Source: Candidatus Kryptoniota bacterium
GTDB taxonomy: Bacteria; Bacteroidota; Ignavibacteria; Kryptoniales; JAKASW01
Direction of reading: 5' to 3'
Length of the DNA: 64,000 nt
Assembly (NCBI GenBank): GCA_049966155.1
Contig: JBMFVE010000002.1
Location: 274,569 to 338,568 of the forward strand
Below the pieces are notes generated by a model that saw only the letters and a program-made list of their open reading frames with translations, did not search any database and was not told the DNA's origin. The position numbers and the translations under genes are program-made. Positions 19,895-29,235 of the stretch are shown in pieces. The stretch's first letter is position 1. Each line of letters opens with the position of its first letter.

Positions 19895-19923
19895 AATATA
19901 TCCTCATCCTGACAGCCTGTCAA
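19895..19923 (-). promoter_or_regulatory. Sigma-70-type promoter for the 58-aa zinc-ribbon gene
   Basis: Minus strand reads TTGACA-17 nt-TATATT, about 22 nt upstream of the ATG at 19872. Confidence 0.55.
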
Positions 19924-20153
19924 GATGAATTTAAAAAAAATTAGTCTTTTCTTTATTTATTTAGGCCAGTTGACCTAAAAAGCCTTAATCAATAACATCA
20001 CCTCAAACAGATTATGATTATAGCATAACTGCTCGGGAAAGTGAGAGCTGGTTTTCGGGTTATTGGTCGAGTCAATCTTTCAATCTCTCTTTGCCATTTT
20101 TTTCTTTTTAATATTGGATAGCAATACATAAATTCCACAAAAAAGGACATTGA

Positions 20154-20768
20154 ATGAACAATAACTTTGAAGCGATCGTTTTTGATCTGGGTAACGTGCT
20201 TATGCCCTTTGATTACAGGTCAATAGTAAACCAGCTTAATGATATCTACCCACTGCTCGGAAACCGATTTCTGGACTTTTACAGGGACAACTATGAAATC
20301 CATCGCTCATTTGAAAAGGGACATCTGACAATAGAAGAGTTTACGGGGATGGTCCTTAAGGCGCTTGACAACAAACTGGACTCTGAAACTTTCTGGAAAA
20401 TATACTCGCAAATTTTTACCGTCAATACTACACTTGTTGATTTACTTCCAAAGTTTAAGGCACACTATAAACTTGTACTCCTGTCCAATACAAATGAGAT
20501 TCACAGGAAATACGGCTGGGGAGATCTCAAGTTCCTGAAATATTTTGACAAGCTTGTCCTATCTTACGAGATAGGAGCCGTCAAACCTGAACCTGAAATT
20601 TATGAAGCTGTTGAACAATTTACTTGTGCACCACCACATAAGCACCTCTACTTTGATGATATTCCTGAATATGTTGATGCAGCCCGTAAAAGAGGATGGG
20701 ATGGCGTCCAGTTTGTAACGAACGAACTACTGAAGAAAGCCCTCGAAGATCGGGGAATTTTACTTTGA
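20154..20768 (+). CDS. HAD superfamily hydrolase (subfamily IA-like)
   Basis: Motif I IVFDLGNVL, motif II LLSNTN, C-terminal FDDIPEYV. Confidence 0.75.
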   Translation: MNNNFEAIVFDLGNVLMPFDYRSIVNQLNDIYPLLGNRFLDFYRDNYEIHRSFEKGHLTIEEFTGMVLKALDNKLDSETFWKIYSQIFTVNTTLVDLLPKFKAHYKLVLLSNTNEIHRKYGWGDLKFLKYFDKLVLSYEIGAVKPEPEIYEAVEQFTCAPPHKHLYFDDIPEYVDAARKRGWDGVQFVTNELLKKALEDRGILL

Positions 20769-20782
20769 AAGAGTGTTGATGC

Positions 20783-21340
20783 CTATTTTTTCTTTATCAT
20801 GGCGTCAAACAGCGTCCAATCAAATTGCCATGGGTCAGTCTTTCTATCCGGTGCGATATCGCTGTGACCGAGAACATACTTTATAGGATACTTCCTCTCC
20901 AGGCACTTCACCAGTTTTGCAAGTGCAGAATACTGGGCATCCGTAGGCCTATCATCTTTTGTATTGATGATTTCTATCCCTAAGGACAATTCGTTCACAT
21001 TTGTCCTTCCGTCAGGCAATTTCGATTTGCCTGCATGGTACGCAATATACTTATCGGGAACAAGTCTGAAAATCTCTCCCTGCCTGTCAATAATATAGTG
21101 TGGCGAGACATCCGCTTCCCTGTATTCCTGTATCACACCTGCTAAACTAAACGAATCCGGCGACAATGCGTTATAAGATGAATGAATGATAATAGCTTCT
21201 ATTTTTCGTACGCCAGCAGAATTCATAGAATAGCCCCAATTAACGAGCTTATTTATGACTTGAACTCCTTCACACCCCGTTTTTAAAGTATCAGACGGAG
21301 AAGACAGGAGTGCTAAAAATAGCGCAACAATCACGGGCAT
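20783..21340 (-). CDS. N-acetylmuramoyl-L-alanine amidase (amidase_2 / PGRP fold), exported
   Basis: Signal-like N-terminus. Motifs IIIHSS, YHAG, LGIEI, GHSDIAPDRKTDPW. Confidence 0.8.
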   Translation of the reverse strand: MPVIVALFLALLSSPSDTLKTGCEGVQVINKLVNWGYSMNSAGVRKIEAIIIHSSYNALSPDSFSLAGVIQEYREADVSPHYIIDRQGEIFRLVPDKYIAYHAGKSKLPDGRTNVNELSLGIEIINTKDDRPTDAQYSALAKLVKCLERKYPIKYVLGHSDIAPDRKTDPWQFDWTLFDAMIKKK

Positions 21341-21367
21341 ATTAGATAACCTCCAATCAATTACAAA

Positions 21368-21416
21368 GAGAGTGACTTGGTGCAGAATACTCTGTAATCA
21401 GGGTCAAGTCACTCTC
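21368..21416 (-). terminator. Stem-loop downstream of nrdJ (candidate terminator)
   Basis: Perfect 12-bp arms GAGAGTGACTTG / CAAGTCACTCTC with a 25-nt loop. On the minus strand it is followed by TTTGTAATTGATT. Confidence 0.5.
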
Positions 21417-21446
21417 ACATTTAAGATGCTCATAATCCTCAACTAC

Positions 21447-24290
21447 TTAAGAACAACCGCTGGTCTCACCGCAATTGAGGCATTTGTAGCAAGATCCACT
21501 CCTGATCATGATTGAACCACATGCGTGGCATGGGGGGGCATCAGACTGTTCTTCGAAAACTTTCTTTTCTGTTTGCTCAAGCATAATGCTGAACTCAGAC
21601 TTTTTATGCCGATCACCCAGCGTCGCCGACACCGCGTCTATCACGGTTGAAGAACTTTCCCTTTCATCATTGATAATTTCAGGCGATTCATTCTCTTCTG
21701 TTCTGTTTATAGCAGAATCCACCACCACGCTGGCAGGTTGATCATCACGCGGGAGGAATTTTAGTCCCAGCCATCTGAAAATGTAATCCAGGACCGATTT
21801 GGCTATCGGAATATCTTTACTGTTTGTGAATCCTGACGGTTCAAACCTCATGTGGCTGAATTTGTCCACAAGCACTTTTAATGGAACTCCGTATTGCAAA
21901 GCAAGTGAAACCGCAGTTGCAAACCCATCCATCAATCCACTGATAGTGGATCCCTCTTTCGACATTGTAATAAATATTTCGCCCGGTGTACCGTCGCTAT
22001 ACAGGCCAACAGTAATGTAACCTTCATGACCGCTAATGCTAAATTTGTGAGTAATTGCCATTCTTTCATCTGGCAATCTGCGGCGATTCACGCGTTTCGG
22101 TTCAGATTCACTTTCAGCGCTCCTGACTTTGCCGTCCTCTTTTTTTGTATTCAAAGGCTGTGTTCGCTTGGAACCATCCCTGTAAATTGCTATTGCTTTT
22201 AAACCCAATTTCCATGCTTCTATGTATGCCTGCTCAATGTCTTCGACAGTTGCTTCATTGGGCAGGTTAACCGTTTTTGAAATTGCTCCTGAAATAAATG
22301 GCTGAACAGAAGCCATCATTCTTATATGCCCCATATAATGAATTGAGCGCTGTCCACCTACAGGTTTGAAAGCACAGTCGAACACAGGTAAATCCTTTTC
22401 CTTAAGATGAGGCGCACCCTCAATTGTTCCATTCTCGTCAACGTATGCGAGGATATCAGAAACTTCAGCATCACTGTAACCAAGTGTTCTCAAGGCCAAT
22501 GGCACGGTATTGTTAACAATTTTCATATACCCACCACCAACCAGTTTTTTATACTTAACCAGTGCAATATCAGGCTCCACCCCGGTTGTGTCACAATCCA
22601 TCATAAAACCAATTGTGCCCGTCGGTGCCAGCACAGAGATTTGAGCATTCCTGTAACCGTACTCTTTGCCAATTGCAATAGCATCATCCCATGTTTGCTT
22701 TGCCGATTCAACGAGATATTCCGGAATGAGGTTACTTCCGGTCATCTCAGCATCATGCTGTATAATTTCATCTACATGAGCTCGATGCTTCCTGATAACA
22801 CCGAGCATCGGTTCACGATTTTTTTCGTAACCAGCAAAGGGCCCAAGACTCTTTGCTATTAATGCGCTTTGCCTGTATCCTTCCCCGGTCATTATAGCAG
22901 TCACAGCTGCAGCAAATTTTCTTCCTTCATCACTGTCATAAGGTAAACCATTTGACATCAGCAATGCACCTAAATTTGCATATCCTATTCCTAATGGACG
23001 GTAATCATTGCTGTTCTTTTCAATTGCCCTGGTGGGATATGATGCATTGCTGACAATGATCTCCTGTGACGTGATAATAATATCCACAGCGTGTTTAAAA
23101 GCCTCTACATCAAACGAACCGTCATCCTTCCGAAACTTCATCAGGTTCAGTGACGCAAGGTTGCAGGCGCTATCATCGAGAAACATATATTCACTGCACG
23201 GATTTGACGCATTTATGGGCGCAGTGTTTGGACATGTATGCCAGCTGTTTACAGTAGTATGAAATTGCATTCCAGGATCACCACATATCCATGCAGCCTT
23301 TGCCATTTCTCTCATCAAATCACGAGCTCTGTAGGTACCAGCTGGTTTTCCATCTGTAACATTCTTAGTTGTCCATTCCTTGTCCTCAAGGACAGCTCTC
23401 ATAAAATCGTCTGTAGCCCGCACGCTGTGATTAGCATTTTGAAATTGTACAGAATCATACGCTCCGCCAGGCACATTAAATCCCGGATCATAACCTGCTT
23501 CAATAAGAGCCCATGCTTTTTTTTCTTCTTCTGCTTTACTTCGTATAAAATCAAGTATATCTGGATGATCAGCATTCAAAATGACCATCTTCGCAGCCCT
23601 TCGAGTCTTACCTCCAGATTTAATTACGCCAGCAAATGAATCAAAGCCACGCATAAAAGAAACCGGTCCGGAAGCAGTACCTCCGCCTGATAGTTTTTCC
23701 TTTGAAGAGCGAAGAGTAGAGAAGTTAGAGCCCGTTCCACTTCCCCACTTGAAAAGCATTCCCTCTGTTTTGGCAAGCTCAAGAATTGAGCTCATTGTAT
23801 CTTTAACAGAGTTTATGAAGCAGGCCGAGCATTGAGGCTTTTCTTCGATCCCTACGTTAAACCAGACTGGACTGTTGAATGCCGCATATTGATTTACAAG
23901 CAAATATGTTAACTCGTCATAAAAAGTTTCAGCATCCTCTTTTGAAGCAAAATACCCACCTTCAATCCCCCAACGTGTGAACGTGCGGGAGACGCGATCA
24001 ATCAACTGCTTCACGCTTGTTTCTCTTTCCGCAGTGCCAAGCTGACCATGAAAATACTTTGATACTACAACATTTGTGGCCGTCATGCTCCAGGATTCAG
24101 GAACCTCCACATCGTCCTGTCTAAATATCACCTCACCCTTCTCATTGGATATCGAAGCTGTTCGCTTTTCCCACTTTATTGCGTCAAAAGGATGAACCCC
24201 TTTTGTTGTAAAGTACCTGCGAAACTTAAGTCCGCCCCATTTAGCCTGCACCTTTTGATCTCCTAACGCTAATGTGTCAGAGTATCCCAT
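21447..24290 (-). CDS. nrdJ: Adenosylcobalamin-dependent ribonucleoside reductase (class II)
   Basis: 947 aa. N-terminal FRRYFTTKGVHPFD, active-site region NPCSEYMFLDDSACNLASLNL, C-terminal Cys4 ribbon CHACG...CYKCLNCG. Confidence 0.92.
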   Translation of the reverse strand: MGYSDTLALGDQKVQAKWGGLKFRRYFTTKGVHPFDAIKWEKRTASISNEKGEVIFRQDDVEVPESWSMTATNVVVSKYFHGQLGTAERETSVKQLIDRVSRTFTRWGIEGGYFASKEDAETFYDELTYLLVNQYAAFNSPVWFNVGIEEKPQCSACFINSVKDTMSSILELAKTEGMLFKWGSGTGSNFSTLRSSKEKLSGGGTASGPVSFMRGFDSFAGVIKSGGKTRRAAKMVILNADHPDILDFIRSKAEEEKKAWALIEAGYDPGFNVPGGAYDSVQFQNANHSVRATDDFMRAVLEDKEWTTKNVTDGKPAGTYRARDLMREMAKAAWICGDPGMQFHTTVNSWHTCPNTAPINASNPCSEYMFLDDSACNLASLNLMKFRKDDGSFDVEAFKHAVDIIITSQEIIVSNASYPTRAIEKNSNDYRPLGIGYANLGALLMSNGLPYDSDEGRKFAAAVTAIMTGEGYRQSALIAKSLGPFAGYEKNREPMLGVIRKHRAHVDEIIQHDAEMTGSNLIPEYLVESAKQTWDDAIAIGKEYGYRNAQISVLAPTGTIGFMMDCDTTGVEPDIALVKYKKLVGGGYMKIVNNTVPLALRTLGYSDAEVSDILAYVDENGTIEGAPHLKEKDLPVFDCAFKPVGGQRSIHYMGHIRMMASVQPFISGAISKTVNLPNEATVEDIEQAYIEAWKLGLKAIAIYRDGSKRTQPLNTKKEDGKVRSAESESEPKRVNRRRLPDERMAITHKFSISGHEGYITVGLYSDGTPGEIFITMSKEGSTISGLMDGFATAVSLALQYGVPLKVLVDKFSHMRFEPSGFTNSKDIPIAKSVLDYIFRWLGLKFLPRDDQPASVVVDSAINRTEENESPEIINDERESSSTVIDAVSATLGDRHKKSEFSIMLEQTEKKVFEEQSDAPPCHACGSIMIRSGSCYKCLNCGETSGCS

Positions 24291-24505
24291 TGAACTCCTC
24301 CCTATATTTTAAAGTTTAATAAATTTCCTGTAAATGCCATACCAGCTGCCCGACATGGTAAAACTTTTGATAAATCAAAGCCTGCGTCCTATGAGATGCG
24401 GCAGGAGAAAGTAGCTTCTGACTCAAACCAATTGCATGCCGCCTTCATAGAGTTTTTCTGTTGCAAAGCAGCCAGCTTCAAACAACAGGAAGCATCGGAC
24501 TCAAA

Positions 24506-24532
24506 ATTATATGTGCCCCAGGGAAAAGTCAA
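24506..24532 (-). promoter_or_regulatory. Candidate sigma-70-type promoter for nrdJ
   Basis: Minus strand reads TTGACT-15 nt-TATAAT. This would give a leader of about 200 nt before the ATG at 24290. Confidence 0.4.
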
Positions 24533-24622
24533 GGATTTTATGACTGGAATTGACTTTATCCAAAATTTTGTTTAGTAGTTTAGCATTCTGCCCTGATAAA
24601 TAGAAAAAATAGAAAAGTGCGG

Positions 24623-24717
24623 GATTAATTCTTTCCAACCTTTCGACCTGTCGCATCCGGGCAAGCAGCACACAGGACCGCCAGCATGATTAATTCTTCC
24701 CAGGCTTTCGACTCGCA
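24623..24717. repeat. Imperfect direct repeat of the beta-lactamase-like gene 3' end
   Basis: GATTAATTCTTTCCAACCTTTCGACCTGTCGCA (24623-24655) versus GATTAATTCTTCCCAGGCTTTCGACTCGCA (24688-24717, containing the real stop). Confidence 0.5.
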
Positions 24718-25616
24718 AAATAATCATAAATAAGCCTCGAAGCGTGGGCCACCGCAAGGACAGTCGGATTATCTATCCCTTCGCCTGGAAACCTTGACCT
24801 GTCGGCAAAAATTGAAACAACGTATTTTGATTCCGGACTGACTACAAGTCCAACATCAATCTTGCTCTCATCCACACTTCCTGTCTTATGCGCTACAATG
24901 AAGACCTTACCGGGAGCAGTGGAATCGACCGGTAAAAAGCGAGGGATCATTTCATTATCCTGCTGTTCACTTAAGATTTTAATTATCTCATCACAGGCAT
25001 CAGGCGAGAGGATTTTATGTTCAGCAATAAGCTCAACCAACCTTGCCATTTCTTCAGGCGTCGAATACCCAACTCCAAAGCGAAGAGATTCAGGAGTATT
25101 CTTTTTCGTCTTCCACGACATCATCTTGTTCAAAAGACGTGTATGAATAAGTCCGAGTGAATCCATTAAACTATTTACAGCTGCAAGCTTTTCATCGTGT
25201 ATATTTGCAAATGAATCTATTACTAAATTAGTTGCTGTGTTGTCACTCAGCACAATCATTAAAACAGCCGCATTAATTAACTTTAAATCTTGAGGAGTGT
25301 AAAAGAACTGCAATACCCCTGAACCTCCCCATTTATTGGAGTCGGTCAGGCTCACTACATCTTTGCGATGAAGGGCACCGTTTTCAATCTTATGAAAAAG
25401 TGTAACTAAAATGGGGAGTTTAATTGCACTGGCAGTCGGGAACAGTGAGTCAGCATTCACAGAAATCACTTCTCCCGTATTTAGATCCTTTGCATAAACG
25501 CCAATCGTACCACCATAATTATTTGCCAATGCAGCGATTTGTTTCTCCACATCTGTCCTTCCAGTTTGAGAGAATACTAACTGTGCCATCATAAGTAAAG
25601 CAACAAATGTCTTCAT
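24690..25616 (-). CDS. Class A beta-lactamase family serine hydrolase, exported
   Basis: Signal peptide. SxxK (TASAIK), SDN (LSDNTA), KTG (HKTGSV). Confidence 0.75.
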   Translation of the reverse strand: MKTFVALLMMAQLVFSQTGRTDVEKQIAALANNYGGTIGVYAKDLNTGEVISVNADSLFPTASAIKLPILVTLFHKIENGALHRKDVVSLTDSNKWGGSGVLQFFYTPQDLKLINAAVLMIVLSDNTATNLVIDSFANIHDEKLAAVNSLMDSLGLIHTRLLNKMMSWKTKKNTPESLRFGVGYSTPEEMARLVELIAEHKILSPDACDEIIKILSEQQDNEMIPRFLPVDSTAPGKVFIVAHKTGSVDESKIDVGLVVSPESKYVVSIFADRSRFPGEGIDNPTVLAVAHASRLIYDYFASRKPGKN

Positions 25617-25732
25617 TCTTTTCCCTTGACTGGTTCCATATATATTTATATTTATTAATACATGTTCAAATTATAATCTTTGTATTTTAAATCTCCAGTA
25701 CTTTTTATGTCTATTGATTATCACCTGTTGTT

Positions 25733-28567
25733 TCAGTCTCCTGCCTTCTTCAGCGTTCTGGCAACGGCATTTAAGAGTTCAGTCGTCCGGTATGGTTTGC
25801 TCAGAAACCCATCAGCATATCCCTCAAGTAAATGTCTCAGTTCATTAGACTCGCTGTACCCGCTACAAATCAACACCCTCACATCTCTGTATCGCTTTTT
25901 AATTTCAATGCAGGTATCCTTACCCCCCATATGCGGCATAATCATGTCCAAAACTACAAGCCTGACGTCTGGCACCTCTGCCAGCTTTTTCAATGCATCT
26001 TCACCATCTGTTGCCTGTATTACAGTAAAATTGTGTTCTGACAAAATATCGTGTGCAAGCATGCGAACCATCTCTTCATCATCAACCACAAGTATCTTTT
26101 CCCCAGCACCATGTAAAGAACTCACCTCATCTTCAATATGCTTCTTTCCTTTTTCCTGATGCAAGGGGAGAAAAATTCTTATTTCTGTACCGACGTTTAG
26201 AGTTGATGAAACTTCTATAAATCCGCCATGATGCTTAACGATATTAAACGCTGCACTCATACTGAGTCCAGTGTATCTCGATTTTTTCTTTGTGGTGAAG
26301 AACGGTTCAAATACCCTCCGCCTGATTGTGTCATCCATCCCAATGCCGGTATCACTTATCTCAAGTACACAGTGCGTCCCTTTAGTTACAAAATTATAAG
26401 GCGGTTGGGTAATCTCCCTCTGAGAAACACTGCATACAACTCTCCCCCCTTCCGGCATTGCTTCCACAGCATTTTGAAAAACCGAGTCAACAACCTGTAA
26501 TAGCTGACCCCTGCTTCCATTGACATAAAGAGGTGTTGAGCATTTTTGCACAGCAAAATCATACTTATCGCCAGTCTTGTTTTTAAATTCCTCAGCAACC
26601 TCTTCAGCAAATTTATTCATTTCAATCAATTCAAGGGTAGAGCCATCTATTTGAGAAAAGCCGAGGACACGGTTTATAAATGTGGCTGTCCTGTTTGCAG
26701 CATCCTCTATCATCTCAGCAAAACGGTGCTCACGGGAATCTGGAGGAAGTTTCCTCTTCAGTAAAGAGGAATAACCAAGCATGCTTCCTATTGAATTTTT
26801 AAGGTCGTGGCTTAATGCTGCTGCAAGTTGTTCTATTGCGTCCATCTTCTGTGCCTGCAATGCTGCCGCTTCAAGGATCTTTTTTTCACTTACATCCTGA
26901 ATTGAGACATAAAAACTCTCACCTTCCCGATTGAACTGAATTGCAAATTCAATATCCTGAACCGAACCACCACCTCTCCCTATCGATGACTCGAAACGGA
27001 CAAACTCAGTACCATGGCCCTTAGACATACTTGCAAGCAGTTCATCAAGTCGTATCTTATCATGAGGACAAAGATGGTCAGATAATTTGGTGCCGACAAC
27101 TACCTTTGTTCCCAATATATCATTGGCAATCCTGTTTGAAGTGAGAATCCTTCCATCCAGCGAAAGTGACATTAAACCAAATACGGAATTGTTGTACAGT
27201 TCTTCCAGGGCGATTTCCTGCCGCCGCATAAGCTGAAAAAGAGATGCCGCCCTTACGCTTAAGTTTATCATCCTTATATATGAAATTACCATTTTCCTTG
27301 AGAAATCGTCAATGATATCATATGCATGATTAAAAATAATCAGTATCCTGCTGTCACCCGAAGCCTGTACAAACATACTAACGTAATCATGTTCCATTTT
27401 AACATTTATTCCGGTATTAATTTTCTTTTCACGCAGTTCACTCTTCAGCTTTTTGAATTCTTCGTCGCCGGATTGACCTAATATTTCATCGATATTAGAA
27501 TTCCACACGGCATTGTCGCCTGACAGTTTGTCCGTTAAGATACTAAATGAACTTACTGCAAACCGGACTCTTTTTATCCCGACATCGTCTCCTGCAATTT
27601 CTACTAAATCTCCAAAACAGTTTCCATCATCATTTATTTGAACAACAAGAAAATATGTTGTGCCGACCAGTTTTCTTGCAGTTTTTATAGCAGAGCTATA
27701 AATGGCTCTAATGTCAAGTGTTCCAACAATCTCACTGCTGCTCCTGTAAAACTCTGTCAACACTTGAGATTCATACTCCAGTTTAGAGGTTCTGTCCTTT
27801 ACCTTCTTCCTCAACGCCTGATTAAATAAGAGCAACAGCGCAACCAGGAATAACAAAAATATAATTGCAGCGATAATATAGCGCTCTACTCTGTTTGCCT
27901 GAAAGAGAGATAAGTCCGACTGGTCACGAACGACAATCTCGTTACCATCCAAAAAGGGGGGCCTAGGGCTGTACCTCGAAGCAACTCCTGTAATCATTAA
28001 CTCATCCCCGGTATGCAGCTGTGAAACATCCACCGATGGGAAGAGCCCCTTGCTTACGAGTACTTTCCCGGTGTCGTTTGAACTGTCGCGAATATATATT
28101 ACAACAGCTCCCGGAGTTTCGACTTTATTTATAACTCTTCCTCTGGTTCTGATAAGACGTCCATTATATCTTCCACTGTTTATATCTTGCAACGAAGCCT
28201 GCTCCGGGACAAGACGCAGATTTTTCTTCAGTATGCGAACTTCGGGATTTAAAATTTCTTCTGCACCAAAAAATAACCCCAGATTGCCGACAGCAATTAT
28301 ACTATCTCCAGCATCCAGAAGAGGACCGGTATAATGTCTCGTAAACAATTTAATTCCGCCTGTAGAATCCTGAACAAATAGCTGAAGTGTGGAATCTTTT
28401 CTGAAAGAGGAACCCGTGACGACCCCTGAAACGGCAATCCTGAGCCGGGTAACCTTAATTGCGCTGTCGCGTGGGACAAGCTCTGCTGCTTTTCTTATTG
28501 AAACCGTCTGTTGAGGCGATTGGACAAAGAGAAAAACGCCAAGAAAGCAAACAACAAGGGAGGTCAA
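25733..28567 (-). CDS. Hybrid sensor histidine kinase: periplasmic tandem OB-fold-like domain, TM, GAF/PAS-like region, HisKA, HATPase_c, receiver
   Basis: H-box SHDLKNSIGSMLGY, DTGIGMD. Receiver ILVVDDEE...VVLDMIMPHMGG...SK. One TM at aa 230-248. TTG start overlaps the upstream stop (TTGA). Confidence 0.8.
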   Translation of the reverse strand: MTSLVVCFLGVFLFVQSPQQTVSIRKAAELVPRDSAIKVTRLRIAVSGVVTGSSFRKDSTLQLFVQDSTGGIKLFTRHYTGPLLDAGDSIIAVGNLGLFFGAEEILNPEVRILKKNLRLVPEQASLQDINSGRYNGRLIRTRGRVINKVETPGAVVIYIRDSSNDTGKVLVSKGLFPSVDVSQLHTGDELMITGVASRYSPRPPFLDGNEIVVRDQSDLSLFQANRVERYIIAAIIFLLFLVALLLLFNQALRKKVKDRTSKLEYESQVLTEFYRSSSEIVGTLDIRAIYSSAIKTARKLVGTTYFLVVQINDDGNCFGDLVEIAGDDVGIKRVRFAVSSFSILTDKLSGDNAVWNSNIDEILGQSGDEEFKKLKSELREKKINTGINVKMEHDYVSMFVQASGDSRILIIFNHAYDIIDDFSRKMVISYIRMINLSVRAASLFQLMRRQEIALEELYNNSVFGLMSLSLDGRILTSNRIANDILGTKVVVGTKLSDHLCPHDKIRLDELLASMSKGHGTEFVRFESSIGRGGGSVQDIEFAIQFNREGESFYVSIQDVSEKKILEAAALQAQKMDAIEQLAAALSHDLKNSIGSMLGYSSLLKRKLPPDSREHRFAEMIEDAANRTATFINRVLGFSQIDGSTLELIEMNKFAEEVAEEFKNKTGDKYDFAVQKCSTPLYVNGSRGQLLQVVDSVFQNAVEAMPEGGRVVCSVSQREITQPPYNFVTKGTHCVLEISDTGIGMDDTIRRRVFEPFFTTKKKSRYTGLSMSAAFNIVKHHGGFIEVSSTLNVGTEIRIFLPLHQEKGKKHIEDEVSSLHGAGEKILVVDDEEMVRMLAHDILSEHNFTVIQATDGEDALKKLAEVPDVRLVVLDMIMPHMGGKDTCIEIKKRYRDVRVLICSGYSESNELRHLLEGYADGFLSKPYRTTELLNAVARTLKKAGD

Positions 28568-29235
28568 GTTAAAGCAGTTCCTCCCTGAGCCTCTCCTGAA
28601 AGCAGCGTCAAGACATGATTCAGCAAGTCATTTACCGAGACGGGCTTTGCGACCCATCCGTCAGCTTGTGAAAGTCTCAGCCTGTCAACAGTATTCTTCG
28701 TTAAATTGCCGGACAGAACAAGGATCTTGACAGGATTTATCGGCTTTCGCGCGCTGAGAAGTTCGAGGACCTTAAAACCATCCAGTCCTGGCATCAACAA
28801 ATCAAGAATTACAAGATCGGGTTTAAACTCACCAATGAGTATTAACCCCTCGTATCCATCCTTGCTAATCTGGATTTCAACTCCCTCGATTTTTTCTTCC
28901 AGTACGACTCGTACCATCTCTGCGTACATCTCATCGTCATCAACGATTAAGATACGCTTTGGCCTAACTTCCTTGTAATCAAATTGGATATCCATTTTGT
29001 GCGCTTTTATAAATTTGTTCAAGTCTGACGGCCAAACTCTGAAATGTCCACCCGGTGTCGCATAAGCTTTGAGTCTGCCCGCTCGAATCCAGTTTAGAAT
29101 GGTTTTAGAGCTGACCCTCAGGATGCGTGCCGCTTGCCCCACACTCAAAGGTTGTTCAGTTTCATTCCCTATAGTGAGCACTTCTCGTTTTTCCGAATTT
29201 TCTTGTTTTTCCAATTTTAATATTCCCGAATCCAA
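28564..29235 (-). CDS. Response regulator with N-terminal excisionase/MerR-type HTH and C-terminal receiver
   Basis: HTH LSVGQAARILRVSSKTILNWIRAGRLKAYATPGGHFRV. Receiver ILIVDDDE...LVILDLLMPGLDG...KP. The track start at 29235 is TTG and lies inside a good promoter, so the in-frame GTG at 29181 is a plausible true start. Confidence 0.75.
   Translation of the reverse strand: MDSGILKLEKQENSEKREVLTIGNETEQPLSVGQAARILRVSSKTILNWIRAGRLKAYATPGGHFRVWPSDLNKFIKAHKMDIQFDYKEVRPKRILIVDDDEMYAEMVRVVLEEKIEGVEIQISKDGYEGLILIGEFKPDLVILDLLMPGLDGFKVLELLSARKPINPVKILVLSGNLTKNTVDRLRLSQADGWVAKPVSVNDLLNHVLTLLSGEAQGGTALT

Noticed and set aside
24399-24424. Cobalamin riboswitch upstream of nrdJ, based on the B12-box-like GAGUCAGAAG...CCUGCCG.
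   Set aside because: The box is interrupted by 9 nt. I could not find the GCCACUG or GGUG-N-AA-UCC core elements. Repression of a B12-dependent enzyme by B12 would also be counter-intuitive. It is kept only as a generic 'long leader' finding.
24572-24757. 61-aa minus-strand ORF overlapping the beta-lactamase-like stop region.
   Set aside because: It is produced by the duplicated 3'-end repeat. It is out of frame with the real gene and has no signals.
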